Positions 27,552-37,782 of a DNA stretch of 64,000 nt are shown one piece after another; positions within the stretch are counted from its first letter, which is position 1, and each line of letters opens with the position of its first letter. A model generated the notes under the pieces. That model was not told where the DNA came from, searched no databases, and worked only from the letters and a program-made list of their open reading frames with translations. The position numbers and the translations under genes are program-made. This DNA is from Patescibacteria group bacterium (GTDB lineage Bacteria; Patescibacteriota; Minisyncoccia; Phycocordibacterales; Phycocordibacteraceae): the NCBI GenBank assembly GCA_028866135.1, contig JAGWIS010000001.1:13357-77356 (forward strand). Reading direction: 5' to 3'.

Positions 27552-28397
27552 TTGTGGCGATTGTTCCATGGGATTGCCGCATATCCTGCTATCATGACTG
27601 CAATGCGCAATCGCTTCTTCGGTATTCCGATATTGCTTGTCGTTTCCGGCATGTTCGTCCTCGGACTCGCAGGATTCCTGCTCTTTACGACCGGGAACGA
27701 GCGCATCTACTCCGGAGTCTCCGCAGCCACCTCGACCCCGGCTTCTCCAAACACCGCTTCATCATCGCCAACGCGCGCCGGCAAGACCATATACCTCACG
27801 TTCGACATGGATATGAACGAGTTCATGTACAAGAAGACGGTCACGACGGGCGAGAAATGGTACGACCCTGCCGTATTCGCATACCTGGAGCAGAACCATA
27901 CCCCCGCATCGTTCTTCGTATCGGGGCTCTTCGCCGTCGCCTACCCCGACCTCATGAAGAGCCTCGCGTCGACGAGCGAGTTCTCTTTCGAGAACCACAG
28001 CTACGACGAAGCGTCCTTCACCCCGCACTGCTATTGGCTCACTGCCCTCGGGAACGATTCGGCCAAGGCCGCCCAGATTGAAGCGACCGAACGAATCATC
28101 CAGTCGCTCACCGGACAGACACCCAAGTATTTCCGTTTCCCGGGCATCTGTCACGACAAAGCAAGCGACGCACTCGTGGAAAGCTTAGGCTACGTCATCA
28201 ACGACGGGACGGTCGTGCCGAGCGACCCGTTCAACACCGATACCAAGAGAATGGTCCGGACGGTCATGAGCAAGGCGAGGGATGGCGCGACCATCATCAT
28301 GCACGTCGGAGGACATAACGCGCCAGAGAGCCTCTTCTTGCTCGAACAGATCGTGCCCGGCCTCAAGGCCGAAGGATACGCGTTCGAAAAGCTGTGA
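27552..28397 (+). CDS. Polysaccharide deacetylase (NodB / CE4 family), membrane-anchored.
   Basis: It has an N-terminal TM helix, then NodB-like blocks (IYLTFDMDM, HSYDE) and the C-terminal HVGGH. Confidence 0.55.
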   Translation: MWRLFHGIAAYPAIMTAMRNRFFGIPILLVVSGMFVLGLAGFLLFTTGNERIYSGVSAATSTPASPNTASSSPTRAGKTIYLTFDMDMNEFMYKKTVTTGEKWYDPAVFAYLEQNHTPASFFVSGLFAVAYPDLMKSLASTSEFSFENHSYDEASFTPHCYWLTALGNDSAKAAQIEATERIIQSLTGQTPKYFRFPGICHDKASDALVESLGYVINDGTVVPSDPFNTDTKRMVRTVMSKARDGATIIMHVGGHNAPESLFLLEQIVPGLKAEGYAFEKL

Positions 28398-28494
28398 TAT
28401 GACATAACGAACACGATTGCCCTGTTATGGACAACCGTGTTCCGCTGCCGCAATAGTTCGCATCATGCGCGCATGCGGAGTGCGCACAGAGATG

Positions 28495-28848
28495 TTATTT
28501 GCCCGTCGTACCGCTCTCTGGTGCATCCGGCGTGGCGTCCTGATGGTCACCCGTCTGATTCACCTGATCGTTCGGGCCTCCGGCCGGATCGTTCGCAGAT
28601 GTCTGCTCACCGGTTGACGCTTCTGCCGTTGCGTCCTGCACATCCGAACCCTGCGCACCGGACTGGATATTGTCCGTATCAGGACCGCTCGCGTGCTCGC
28701 TATCTGAAGTCTGTACGGTCGTGGAGGAACCGGTGACGACTGGCGTCGTGCTGCCGCTGCTCGCGTGCGCGTACATGCCGATCGTCGCCGCGCTGCCGAT
28801 AAGGAGTACCGGAACCATGAGCGCCGCTTTCTTGAAGAGATTTTTCAT
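28495..28848 (-). CDS. Secreted low-complexity Ser/Thr/Asp-rich protein.
   Basis: It has a signal peptide MKNLFKKAALMVPVLLIGSAA followed by low-complexity sequence. Confidence 0.35.
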   Translation of the reverse strand: MKNLFKKAALMVPVLLIGSAATIGMYAHASSGSTTPVVTGSSTTVQTSDSEHASGPDTDNIQSGAQGSDVQDATAEASTGEQTSANDPAGGPNDQVNQTGDHQDATPDAPESGTTGK

Positions 28849-28955
28849 AATTCGAATCGTTAGTTATGCGGGTAAATGTTCGATTACTATGGCTCAGGCG
28901 ATGCGCTGAGCCTGCGGGCAAGTATGCGCTCGCATGCGTCAAGCGCGTGTAAAGG

Positions 28956-29984
28956 CTAGGCGAGCGGCAAGCGCACCTCGACTCGCGTACCGGAGCCAAG
29001 AACGCTTTCTATCCCTACCGAACCGCCCGAGCGCCCGACAAGTTCTTTCACGAGCGCGAGCCCGAGCCCGCTCCCGGCGCTTTTCTCTCCCTTATAGAAG
29101 GGCTCGAACACGCGCGATAGCGCATCGGGCGCGATGCCGACGCCCGTATCCTTTATCTCGATGAGCGCATAAGCGCCTTGCGGGCGTGCCGTTACCTGCA
29201 CCGTCCCTCCCTTGGAGGTATGCGCGAATGAGTTCTGGATGAGGTTACGCACCGCACTGCCGATATCCGGTACCGCGCGAATCATAAGCTCAGGATCTCC
29301 TTCGTATGAGAGCTTGAGGCCCTGCTCGCGTGCGAGCTTCGTAAACGGCTCGAGCTCTTCGCGAACAAGCGAGTCGAGGTTGAGCGGGCGAGGATTCCCC
29401 ATCCCGCCCTCGAGCCGCACGAGCGCGAGCAGGGTTCCGATGATGCGTTCCATGCGTGAAAGTTCCTCAAGGTTACTGAGAGCAACTTCTCTGGCATCCT
29501 CCGGCCGCCGGTACGCGCTTCGCGCTAGTCGCTCGGTATCGCTACGCATGATGGCGAGCGGCGTGCGCAGTTCATGGGAAGCGTTCGTCGCGAACGCGCG
29601 CTGGGCGCGATTCGCGCGTTCGATAGGACGCAGAAGAAGCCCTGATGCGTAGTAGCTCGCGGCAGTAACGCATAGGAGCAGTGCGATATCGGCATATGCG
29701 AGCGAATTCAGGACGCTTGAGGTCGTGCCGCTCACGAACTGCTGGACGTTGTCCTGCTGCTGCACGTTGTCCGTATCGGCAGGTATGCCGCCCGATTTCG
29801 TGACTTGGCTGCCGATATCGGTCACGTCGGACGTGACGTTCAGGTATACGTACGCGCTGAACGCACCGGCTACCGCGAGTGCCACTGCAAACGACAGCAG
29901 CGTAAATCGGATTCGCGCTCGTACGAAGAGCTTAGAATCGGAGCCGATAGCCGATTCCCCGGATGGTTTCGATTGATACGTCAT
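28956..29984 (-). CDS. Sensor histidine kinase.
   Basis: It has the H box ASHELRTPL, N box, G boxes IKDTGVGI and GSGLGLAL, and two N-terminal TM helices. Confidence 0.8.
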   Translation of the reverse strand: MTYQSKPSGESAIGSDSKLFVRARIRFTLLSFAVALAVAGAFSAYVYLNVTSDVTDIGSQVTKSGGIPADTDNVQQQDNVQQFVSGTTSSVLNSLAYADIALLLCVTAASYYASGLLLRPIERANRAQRAFATNASHELRTPLAIMRSDTERLARSAYRRPEDAREVALSNLEELSRMERIIGTLLALVRLEGGMGNPRPLNLDSLVREELEPFTKLAREQGLKLSYEGDPELMIRAVPDIGSAVRNLIQNSFAHTSKGGTVQVTARPQGAYALIEIKDTGVGIAPDALSRVFEPFYKGEKSAGSGLGLALVKELVGRSGGSVGIESVLGSGTRVEVRLPLA

Positions 29985-30606
29985 CGCAATGCTTTATCAG
30001 TTTAGCGCGCAGGTTGTTCACATGCACGTCCACGACGCGGCTCAACTGATTCGCCGCGAAGTCCCAGAGATGGTCGAAGAGATCCTGGCGGGAGACAACT
30101 TCATGAGGTCGTCCCATGAAATACTCGAGAAGACGGAATTCTTTCAAGGTGAGCGGGAGCGTGTGACCATCGCATCGCGCCTCCTGCGTTGCCGGATCGA
30201 GAGCGAGCGAGCCGACGCGCAAGACCGGCGCATGCGCCGCACGCGGACGCCTCCCGAGCGCTCTGATGCGGGAGAGCAGCTCCGCGAAAGCGAACGGCTT
30301 CACGAGGTAGTCGTCCGCGCCGCAGTCGAGCCCAAGCACCCGGTCCTCAACCGCGTCACGGGCCGTGAGCATGAGAACGGGTGTCACGATGCCGCGCTCC
30401 CGGGCATCCCTGCACAATGCGATGCCGTCCTTGCCCGGCAAAAGAAGATCGAGGATGACGAGGTCGTAATCGCCATGATGGACCGAAAGCCGCCGATCCG
30501 CTGCCAGACCGTCTTTCTCGACGTCGACCGCGTAGCCTTCCTCTTCAAGCGCGCGGGCGATCGATCTCGCGAGCTTCGGTTCGTCTTCAACGAGCAGGAT
30601 GCGCAT
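29932..30606 (-). CDS. OmpR-family response regulator.
   Basis: It has a receiver domain (MRILLVEDE...DLVILDLLLPGKDG) and a winged-helix output domain (...GYRLRF). Confidence 0.8.
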   Translation of the reverse strand: MRILLVEDEPKLARSIARALEEEGYAVDVEKDGLAADRRLSVHHGDYDLVILDLLLPGKDGIALCRDARERGIVTPVLMLTARDAVEDRVLGLDCGADDYLVKPFAFAELLSRIRALGRRPRAAHAPVLRVGSLALDPATQEARCDGHTLPLTLKEFRLLEYFMGRPHEVVSRQDLFDHLWDFAANQLSRVVDVHVNNLRAKLIKHCDDVSIETIRGIGYRLRF

Positions 30607-30615
30607 ATGCGGAGC

Positions 30616-31239
30616 TTACTGTCCGACGACTTCGGCACCGCCCGGAGCCTTGGTCGCCGTTGCATATACCGGTGCGTATCCGGGCGTGCTTACCTCGACC
30701 TTGAACGTGAGCTTATCCGTAGCGGTGCCGTATATGCCGTGCATATTGACTCCATAGTGTCCCGGGCCGGATGCGCCGTCAAAGTTGACGGTACCTGACC
30801 CCTGTGGCGGAAGCGAGAAACCCGTAAGCTGTTTGTAATAGCCCTCTTGCTTGCCGTTTGCAGCATCGACGACGGTATAGTACGCCTCGAAATTCGAGAG
30901 CGTCTTGTTGGTCAAGTTCTTGAGCGTGAACTGCAGGTGGTCGCTCACCGGGTTCCCCGCCGCGTCCACGTTGTTCTCGGTCATGATTGACGAGACGGCA
31001 AAGCCTTTTGCGGTCGCGGCGTTTTTGATCGGATTCGGATACAGGCCGGGAACGATGTCCTCGGCGCCTTGGGCCGACGCGGTACTGGTCGTCGCCTGCA
31101 CTGGAGACGTGTGCGCTGGAACCGCTTGCATAGGAACCGAAGGATGGTTCTGTGTCGTTGTGCGCCCGCCGGAGAGCAAGACAAACGCTCCGACCGCGAC
31201 GACCGCGACGGCGATACCGATAATGACGTTTTTGTTCAT
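30616..31239 (-). CDS. Membrane-anchored extracytoplasmic protein, function unknown.
   Basis: It has an N-terminal TM anchor (VIIGIAVAVVAVGAFVLL) and a Thr/Ser-rich linker. It lies between the response regulator and the ABC permeases. Confidence 0.4.
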   Translation of the reverse strand: MNKNVIIGIAVAVVAVGAFVLLSGGRTTTQNHPSVPMQAVPAHTSPVQATTSTASAQGAEDIVPGLYPNPIKNAATAKGFAVSSIMTENNVDAAGNPVSDHLQFTLKNLTNKTLSNFEAYYTVVDAANGKQEGYYKQLTGFSLPPQGSGTVNFDGASGPGHYGVNMHGIYGTATDKLTFKVEVSTPGYAPVYATATKAPGGAEVVGQ

Positions 31240-31268
31240 ACGAGTATGATTATGTTTCGTAATGCTAT

Positions 31269-32252
31269 TCATGGCGAAGCTGCCATGATGCGTGAGGGAC
31301 GCGCGCTCAGGTACGCGAGTACGATGCTTCCCATAAGGAACACAAGAAGCACGAGCAGGTCAGGCCACTTGTCATGCATGATGAATCCGAGCGACTTGTC
31401 GTTATACGTGGTCTTGATTCCGAGTGTCGCGAACGTGAGACGCTCGTAATGCTTCTCTACTGAGCTCACTTCGAGCGCATTTCTGAAGTTCTCGTACCGC
31501 CTGAACTGGTTTATCACGGCGGTTTGCCCGTCCTGGGTCATATGCAGGTGCGCGAAGAAACCGCCTGGTACCTGGTTGTCAGGATCCATCGTGTCGCCAA
31601 TCTGCGGGATGATGAGCACGAACACGAGCCAGAGCGAGAACGCGAGCATGAGCGCGCGGGGCAGGTTCGGCACGAGGAGCGCGAGCGCCGCTGAGAAACA
31701 GAAGAAGAACAAGAGATACCCGTAGGTATACATGAGCACAAGGCCGAGCTTCATGAGTTCGCTCGCCGAAAACGCGACGTGCCCGACGAATGTGACCGCG
31801 GCGACAGAGAAAACGCCTATACCGAGGACGAGCGCGATAAGAATGATACTCGCACCGAGCAGCTTCCCACCGACAAAACTGCCGCGCGTCACCGGACGGA
31901 CGAGAAGGAGACGCGAGGCGTTGCTCCCTTTCTCCTTTGCGATCGCCAGATAGCCGAGCACGAGCGCAATAATCGCGCCGATGACCTCAAGATACTCGAT
32001 GGTGCCGCGCAGCATTTGGAGCGGATAATATGCGGGCGCAGTAAGCACGATGGACTTCAGCTGGTCCGGCGATAGCTGAGAGAGTGCCGCGTGGTACTGT
32101 GCCACCTGCGACTGGAATGCGAACGAGGCTACAAGGATCGAAACGCCGACGAGGAGAAGCAGGAAAAACGCGAGCGTGGCAAAAAGCGAGTTGCGCAGGG
32201 CATCCGTGACCTCCTTTTTCGCGATGATACCGATTATGCGAAGTCTCTTCAT
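31269..32252 (-). CDS. ABC-2 family exporter permease (second of two).
   Basis: The start MKRLRIIG (ATG 32252) forms an ATGA overlap with the stop of the upstream permease. It has 6 TM helices. The listed N-terminal extension is Arg-rich, probably non-coding. Confidence 0.65.
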   Translation of the reverse strand: MKRLRIIGIIAKKEVTDALRNSLFATLAFFLLLLVGVSILVASFAFQSQVAQYHAALSQLSPDQLKSIVLTAPAYYPLQMLRGTIEYLEVIGAIIALVLGYLAIAKEKGSNASRLLLVRPVTRGSFVGGKLLGASIILIALVLGIGVFSVAAVTFVGHVAFSASELMKLGLVLMYTYGYLLFFFCFSAALALLVPNLPRALMLAFSLWLVFVLIIPQIGDTMDPDNQVPGGFFAHLHMTQDGQTAVINQFRRYENFRNALEVSSVEKHYERLTFATLGIKTTYNDKSLGFIMHDKWPDLLVLLVFLMGSIVLAYLSARPSRIMAASP

Positions 32253-33184
32253 AGGTAGAGATCGCGCGTGACGGCATATCGGCGGAGTGCGAACGCGCTC
32301 GCGCCGATCGCGACACCGACGTAGGCGAGGAGCGCGAACAATGAAGCGATACTGTTGCCGATCCCTCCCCCGAGCATGCCGAGCGCACTTCGCGTGTACA
32401 ACTGACCAACGGAGAACGGGCTCAGGAGGCGATGTGCGGCCGTAAAGAACAACCCTTGGTCCGGGATCGCGCCCGTGAGCGTCACCGGATTCAGGAGGGC
32501 GACCGGGTTCTGCCCAGTCGTCAGTTCCGGCAAGATAAAGACAGCAGCCACCCACACGAGTATCGGCATAAAGAGCGCGGTGGATTCATTTTTCATAATG
32601 ACCGAGAAAAACAGCCCGGCCGCCGCGAAGAATGCGAGGTAGACGAGCGAGACCGCATAAAAGCCAAGGAGCGCCGCGTAACCACCCGCAGGCAAGCGGA
32701 GCGCGGGAATGAAGGCCGCGGAGAACGCGCTCACCGCATACGTTGCAAAGACAATACCCGTAAGCGCGAGCAGTATGCCAAGAAGTTTCGCGCCGATGTA
32801 CCGTGCGCGCGAGATAGGACGCACGAAGACGAGCGGTAAAACACCCGCGGCGCGCTCGCGGATGAATGAGCGGTGGCCGATAACGATGGCGAGCAAGGCA
32901 CCTATGAGAAGCAGGTAGACGAGCATGTTGTCGAACACGAGAAGCGGCGAGACGCCAGTGAGCGGATCCGCCACGATGCTCGTGACGCCCTGTGCTGCAA
33001 GATATGCGACAGACGCGTGGTAGATGGCCTCGGTCGTCGTGCGCGTAGACCACCCGATGTAGACCGAGAAGAACGTCATGGCCATAAAGATGGCGAGGAG
33101 AAGCAGGAACGTCTTCTCGCGCGCGAGCGTCGTGAGCTCATGGCGCACGACGCTCGCGAATACCGATGGCGCACGCGCACTCAT
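32249..33184 (-). CDS. ABC-2 family exporter permease (first of two).
   Basis: It has 6 TM helices and is translationally coupled to the ATPase (4-nt overlap) and to the second permease. Confidence 0.65.
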   Translation of the reverse strand: MSARAPSVFASVVRHELTTLAREKTFLLLLAIFMAMTFFSVYIGWSTRTTTEAIYHASVAYLAAQGVTSIVADPLTGVSPLLVFDNMLVYLLLIGALLAIVIGHRSFIRERAAGVLPLVFVRPISRARYIGAKLLGILLALTGIVFATYAVSAFSAAFIPALRLPAGGYAALLGFYAVSLVYLAFFAAAGLFFSVIMKNESTALFMPILVWVAAVFILPELTTGQNPVALLNPVTLTGAIPDQGLFFTAAHRLLSPFSVGQLYTRSALGMLGGGIGNSIASLFALLAYVGVAIGASAFALRRYAVTRDLYL

Positions 33185-33960
33185 ACGAGCTCTTCCATCT
33201 GCACGTAGATTGCCTCGAGCGACACCTCGTCCGGAAAATCCGCGAGCGTCTTCTCGAGCGACTCGTTGTAGATGAGGCGTCCGCGATTCAACACGCCGAT
33301 AGAGGTGCAGGTCTTCGACACTTCCGAGAGCAGGTGCGTATTCATGAAGATGGTCATGCCTTTTTCTTGATTGAGCCGCAGGATGACGTCACGCAGATTC
33401 TTAATGCCAACCGGGTCGAGGCCGGTCGTCGGCTCATCCAAGAAGACAACCTCGGGTTCGTGAAGTATTGCTTGCGCGAGCCCGATCCGTTGGCGCATGC
33501 CTTTCGAGAAGGTCTTGAGCTTCCTGTGCTCGATGCCGCGAAAATCAAGAAACCCGAGCGCTTCGTCGATACGTTCGTCAACGTTCTTCACACCCGAGAG
33601 ACGCGCGAAATACGCCAGATTCTCATAAGCGGTGAGGTCATTGTAGAACGTGATATTCTCCGGCAGGTACCCAATACGACGACGTACCTCGTCCGCTTCG
33701 GAGACGGTATCGAACCCAGCAATACGCGCTGCACCCGCGGTTTGGCGCAAAAGCGTCGTAAGAATGCTGATGGTCGTCGTCTTGCCCGCCCCGTTATGCC
33801 CAAGGAAGCCGAATATCTCGCCACGAGGGATGGCGAGATTCAAATCATGGAGAACCGTTTCTCCGCCATAAGAGTGCGTCAAACCATCAAGTTCGATGAC
33901 AGGGGCATCTTTCTTTATGTTCGGCTCGACGACTGCATGGGACGGTAATTTCATGTGCAT
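33181..33960 (-). CDS. ABC transporter ATP-binding protein (BcrA-like).
   Basis: It has Walker A GHNGAGKTT, signature FSKGMRQRIGLA and Walker B FLDEPTTGLD. The start is taken at MHMKLP. Confidence 0.8.
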   Translation of the reverse strand: MHMKLPSHAVVEPNIKKDAPVIELDGLTHSYGGETVLHDLNLAIPRGEIFGFLGHNGAGKTTTISILTTLLRQTAGAARIAGFDTVSEADEVRRRIGYLPENITFYNDLTAYENLAYFARLSGVKNVDERIDEALGFLDFRGIEHRKLKTFSKGMRQRIGLAQAILHEPEVVFLDEPTTGLDPVGIKNLRDVILRLNQEKGMTIFMNTHLLSEVSKTCTSIGVLNRGRLIYNESLEKTLADFPDEVSLEAIYVQMEELV

Positions 33961-34034
33961 ACTATATGCACGGGTATGTAAAGAAACTGTAAAGGTCGCT
34001 GCACCCACGAAATGCGAGTGTCTCGTGGTATAAG

Positions 34035-34508
34035 ATGATAATGAATTTGTTTTTCATTCTCGCGGCGAAATATTTATACCTCGTCCCTGTTGCGATACTC
34101 GGCGTGTATTTCCTTCTACAAGAGCGTGGGGCTTGGAAGCGCATGGCTTTCTTCGCCATTCCTGCTGGCCTGTTCGCACTTGCGCTCGGCACGCTTGCCA
34201 ATCACCTGTATTTCGACCCGCGCCCGTTCGTCGCCCTGCACTTCACGCCGCTCGTCCCGCACGCGCCTGATAACGGCTTTCCGTCCGATCACACGCTCCT
34301 CGTTTCTGCCGTCGCGATGATTGGCACGCTCTGGAATCGCCGTCTCGGCATCGTACTCTGGGCACTCGCGCTCCTCGTCGCGATCGGTCGCGTATATGTC
34401 GGCCTGCACCATGTGCTTGATGTGGCGGGCAGTGTCGTCATCTCCTTCGTGGCGGTACTATTGACCTATGCCGCCTACACATACCTCTGGCATAAGGAGA
34501 TTGCTTAG
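34035..34508 (+). CDS. PAP2-family phosphatase (undecaprenyl-diphosphatase, BcrC-like).
   Basis: It has the PAP2 motifs FPSDHT and GRVYVGLHHVLDV on a small membrane protein. Confidence 0.65.
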   Translation: MIMNLFFILAAKYLYLVPVAILGVYFLLQERGAWKRMAFFAIPAGLFALALGTLANHLYFDPRPFVALHFTPLVPHAPDNGFPSDHTLLVSAVAMIGTLWNRRLGIVLWALALLVAIGRVYVGLHHVLDVAGSVVISFVAVLLTYAAYTYLWHKEIA

Positions 34509-34998
34509 CGAGAAGAACATCCATCTCGTCTTCGACGTAAGCCTCTGGCTGAAGGCTGTCTTCGCGTTTGGAGAGATTCTATCGGGTATCGCGACGTATT
34601 TCGTCTCAAAGGAGCTTCTCGTACAAATAATCTTTCTCGTCACGAAGGCAGAGTTTGCCGAGGATCCGCACGACCGGCTCGCGAACTACCTGCTCCACGC
34701 CGCACAGAATCTCTCAATCGGAGCGCGCGATTTCGCCGCGATATACCTCATCGCCCACGGCATCGTGAAGCTCTGGATCATCGCGGGCCTTCTGCGCAAG
34801 AAGCTTTGGTATTACCCGACCGCCATGATTGTTTTCGGTCTCTTCATCGTCTACCAGCTCTACCGGTTCGCCTTTACGCATTCCGTTCTTCTTATCCTCA
34901 TCACTATCCTCGATCTCATCGTCATCGGACTCACGTGGCATGAGTGGCGGTACCTGAGTCGCGTCCTGAAAAAAAGTGCGGCATCGTCCGGACAGTAG
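34468..34998 (+). CDS. DUF2127-like membrane protein.
   Basis: It has 4 TM helices. The start is likely the TTG at 34501, immediately after the PAP2 stop, rather than the listed overlapping ATG. Confidence 0.4.
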   Translation: MPPTHTSGIRRLLSEKNIHLVFDVSLWLKAVFAFGEILSGIATYFVSKELLVQIIFLVTKAEFAEDPHDRLANYLLHAAQNLSIGARDFAAIYLIAHGIVKLWIIAGLLRKKLWYYPTAMIVFGLFIVYQLYRFAFTHSVLLILITILDLIVIGLTWHEWRYLSRVLKKSAASSGQ

Positions 34999-35560
34999 CG
35001 CGAGAAAATGGACAATACCTGCGCGCCGGTCGTGGATCCCATCCGCGCGAGCACGATGAAGCAGATGTTCGAGAAGGTCGGCAACGAGCGGTGGAGAACC
35101 GGCCGAAGCACAGGTTCCAGGATTTCATCTTCACCAAGCTCATGCTCTGCGGGGAGTGCGGCTCGGGTATCACAGCCCAGGAGAAGCAGAAGGGCCTTGC
35201 GAGCGGCGGCCTGGCCTTCTATGTCTACTACTCCTGCCGCAGGTCCAAAGACCGCGCATGCAAGAATCCGTACATACGCGAGGACCGGCTGATCGAACAA
35301 CTGCTCGCGCTCCTCGGCGAGGTATCGATAGACGAGATAGGGGCGCGGCACCTTATCGAGAAGGAAGTATCCCGATACAACAAGCTGCGGACGGCGATGC
35401 GCGACGGGAGCGAGAAAGTGAAAGCGGACGAGATGGACACGTACGGCGATACGCGAAGTACTTGCTTGAGAACGGCACATTGCCCGAGAAGCGGGAACTC
35501 CTGAGCCATCTCAAGGAAAGGATCGTGCTGAAAGAGCGGAAGATCGCACTCGAGAACTGA
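34944..35560 (+). pseudogene. Large serine recombinase remnant. The N-terminal catalytic domain is missing and the rest is spread over three frames.
   Basis: One frame has the recombinase zinc-ribbon region [19 protein letters not shown]...[33 protein letters not shown] second frame has a recombinase-domain-like segment [14 protein letters not shown] third has the C-terminal coiled-coil tail [36 protein letters not shown]. Confidence 0.55.
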
Positions 35561-35663
35561 CGCAAAAGACGCGATTATGATCGCGTCTTTTGCGGCAAAT
35601 ACCCCTGACGGTACCGCACCAAATTCGAGGCCAGACGGTCTCAAATAGGGATGCTGACTGCTG

Positions 35664-35735
35664 TGCCGATGAGTGGAATCGAACCACTGTCTAGGGCTTA
35701 TGAGTCCCTCGTTCTAACCATTGAACTACATCGGC
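35664..35735 (-). tRNA. tRNA-Met (anticodon CAU, elongator type or Ile2), no CCA encoded.
   Basis: Fold: acceptor GCCGATG/CATCGGC, D arm GTTC-AATGGTTA-GAAC, anticodon loop CTCATAA, T arm AGTGG-TTCGATT-CCACT, discriminator A. Confidence 0.7.
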
Positions 35736-35942
35736 AAAGTGAGGAACAATATGACTGTCCTCAGTTATATTTTCCGAACGCAGCCGATGCAAGCCTTCTT
35801 ACATCGGCGAGCGAGAGCATACGGAAATGTATGTCCCCATACATTTCCGTATGCCTCGAGCGAGCCGGATGAAAGCGTGCAAGCAACGCTTACAGCGGCA
35901 ATTCATCGGTTCGTTACTGAAACACTACCAAAGGCTTCCTGT

Positions 35943-36683
35943 TCAGACAATGTAAGAAGAGAAGTCGCTCGTCATCGTTGCAGTGCCGCGAGCATCGATT
36001 GCGTAACCCTCAAAACCAGGAAGGTTTTCGATGAATGCGATGCCTGCCTTCCCCATCGCGAATGCTGCCGTCGCGAAGCGATCGGCCTCAAGCACGTCCG
36101 GACCGATGACCGTGATGCTCACGATTTCCTTGAGCTCTTGCTTAGGCGTGCGAGGATTATAGATATGTGCGCCGCGGATATAGGAGCCCGAGGTCGCGAC
36201 CCCCTTCCCTCGCGGATAGATGACCTTCACCACTTCATTTATAGAGAAAGGACTTCTGATGCCGACGCTCCAATCTTTACCCTCGGCATTCACGCCTCCC
36301 ATGGCGATGTCGCCGCCAGCGTTCACGAAATAATTTTCATGCCCTGCGCGCCGTATGAGTGCGGCCGTATTTAGTATTGCCCACCCTTTCACGATGCCGG
36401 AGGGGTCGAGGAATCCGTCCGGACGGCGCATGTCGAAGTACCCGTTTGTCTCTTTCTTCGTCTTTTCCGCGAGCGCAAACACTTCTCGCATCTCCGGACT
36501 CATCGCAGACTCCTTGATTTCTCCGCGATTGATGCGCGAAATCTCGCTGCTCTCTTTGTAGGTACTGAAGCGTTCGTCGACGGCGACCAGGTACGCAAAT
36601 GCCGCCTCAAGTGCCTCGCGGGCATGGGGGTCGACGATTTCTATCTCTATCGGCATACCCATGATGATCCGTGTCTCCTTCAT
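35943..36683 (-). CDS. apbE: FAD:protein FMN transferase (ApbE family).
   Basis: It has ApbE-like blocks (GGIVKGWAI, NAGGDIAMGG, VATSGSY). The start is taken at MKETRI. Confidence 0.65.
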   Translation of the reverse strand: MKETRIIMGMPIEIEIVDPHAREALEAAFAYLVAVDERFSTYKESSEISRINRGEIKESAMSPEMREVFALAEKTKKETNGYFDMRRPDGFLDPSGIVKGWAILNTAALIRRAGHENYFVNAGGDIAMGGVNAEGKDWSVGIRSPFSINEVVKVIYPRGKGVATSGSYIRGAHIYNPRTPKQELKEIVSITVIGPDVLEADRFATAAFAMGKAGIAFIENLPGFEGYAIDARGTATMTSDFSSYIV

Positions 36684-36745
36684 ACGCCTATGATACGCCC
36701 CGCATGAGGCTTTCATTTCATTTCCGCTTCCTCTAGAATGGGCGC

Positions 36746-37747
36746 ATGATTCACTACTTTTCGGGAGAGCCGTGGGAGGAGGACTACGTGCGCGGGAAAT
36801 TCGCCGGAGAGGAAATCAGCTTTCATCAAGGAACCCTCGCCGCTTCTCCGGATCTTGCCGACCCAAACGCGCAAGTGCTCTGCACGTTCATCGACTCGCC
36901 GATAGGCAAAGCGGAGCTTGACCGCTTCCCCGCTCTAAAGCTCATCGCGACGCGCTCGACCGGCTTCGATCACATCGACCTTGCGGAAACGAGGAAGCGC
37001 GGCATCGTTGTGGCAAACGTGCCCTTCTATGGTGAGAATACCGTCGCTGAATTCGCCTTCGCGCTCCTTCTCGCGCTCTCGCGACGCATCATCGACGCCG
37101 ACGAGCGCGTGCGCGAAGCAGGCACCTTCTCCCCCATCGGGCTGCGCGGCTTCGATCTCGCCGGAAAGACGCTCGGCGTCGTCGGCACCGGGCACATCGG
37201 CGCGCACGTGATCCGCATGGCGAAAGGCTTCGGCATGAAAGTCATCTGCTTCGACGCATATCCGAATGCGGACCTCTCCCACACGCTCGATTTCCCGTAC
37301 GTTTCGCTCCAAGAATTGCTCGCGACTTCCGACATCATTACCCTCCACGTCCCCTACAACAAAGAGACGCACCATCTCATCAGCCGGGAGAATCTCGCGC
37401 AGGTGAAAAAAGGCGCGTACCTTATCAACACCGCCCGCGGCGCGGTCGTCGAAACGGCGGCGCTCGTCGAAGCGCTTCAAAGCGGAGCAGTCGCAGGCGC
37501 CGCGCTCGACGTCCTCGAAGAAGAAGGCGCGCTCTCCGACGAGGCGGCATTTCTCACGTCTGATCACCCAAGCGAAGAGCGGATGAAGACCGCGCTCGCC
37601 GATCACTACCTCATCAATCATCCCCGCGTCATCGTGACGCCCCATCTCGCCTTTAATACGATTGAAGCGGTACGACGCATCCTCGATACGTCCATCGAGA
37701 ACATCCAGAACTTCATCAAGGGTTCGCCTACGAACGTCGTCTCTTGA
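36746..37747 (+). CDS. D-isomer-specific 2-hydroxyacid dehydrogenase.
   Basis: It has the NAD-binding GVVGTGHIGAHVIRMAKGFGMKVI and the catalytic R/E/H pattern (TARGAVV...HLAF). Confidence 0.75.
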   Translation: MIHYFSGEPWEEDYVRGKFAGEEISFHQGTLAASPDLADPNAQVLCTFIDSPIGKAELDRFPALKLIATRSTGFDHIDLAETRKRGIVVANVPFYGENTVAEFAFALLLALSRRIIDADERVREAGTFSPIGLRGFDLAGKTLGVVGTGHIGAHVIRMAKGFGMKVICFDAYPNADLSHTLDFPYVSLQELLATSDIITLHVPYNKETHHLISRENLAQVKKGAYLINTARGAVVETAALVEALQSGAVAGAALDVLEEEGALSDEAAFLTSDHPSEERMKTALADHYLINHPRVIVTPHLAFNTIEAVRRILDTSIENIQNFIKGSPTNVVS

Positions 37748-37782
37748 AAAACGCCCGTTTCAGGGCGCTATACTGAAGCGGC

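Noticed and set aside
34944-35560. Calling the recombinase region as three separate small protein-coding genes (34944-35504, 35008-35292, 35156-35560).
   Set aside because: The three frames together carry successive pieces of a single large-serine-recombinase C-terminal half. No catalytic domain is present, so it is treated as one decayed pseudogene rather than functional genes.
35721-36374. A 217-aa plus-strand ORF opposite the ApbE gene.
   Set aside because: It is antisense to a gene with clear ApbE family blocks. It shows no motifs and has an Arg-rich composition.
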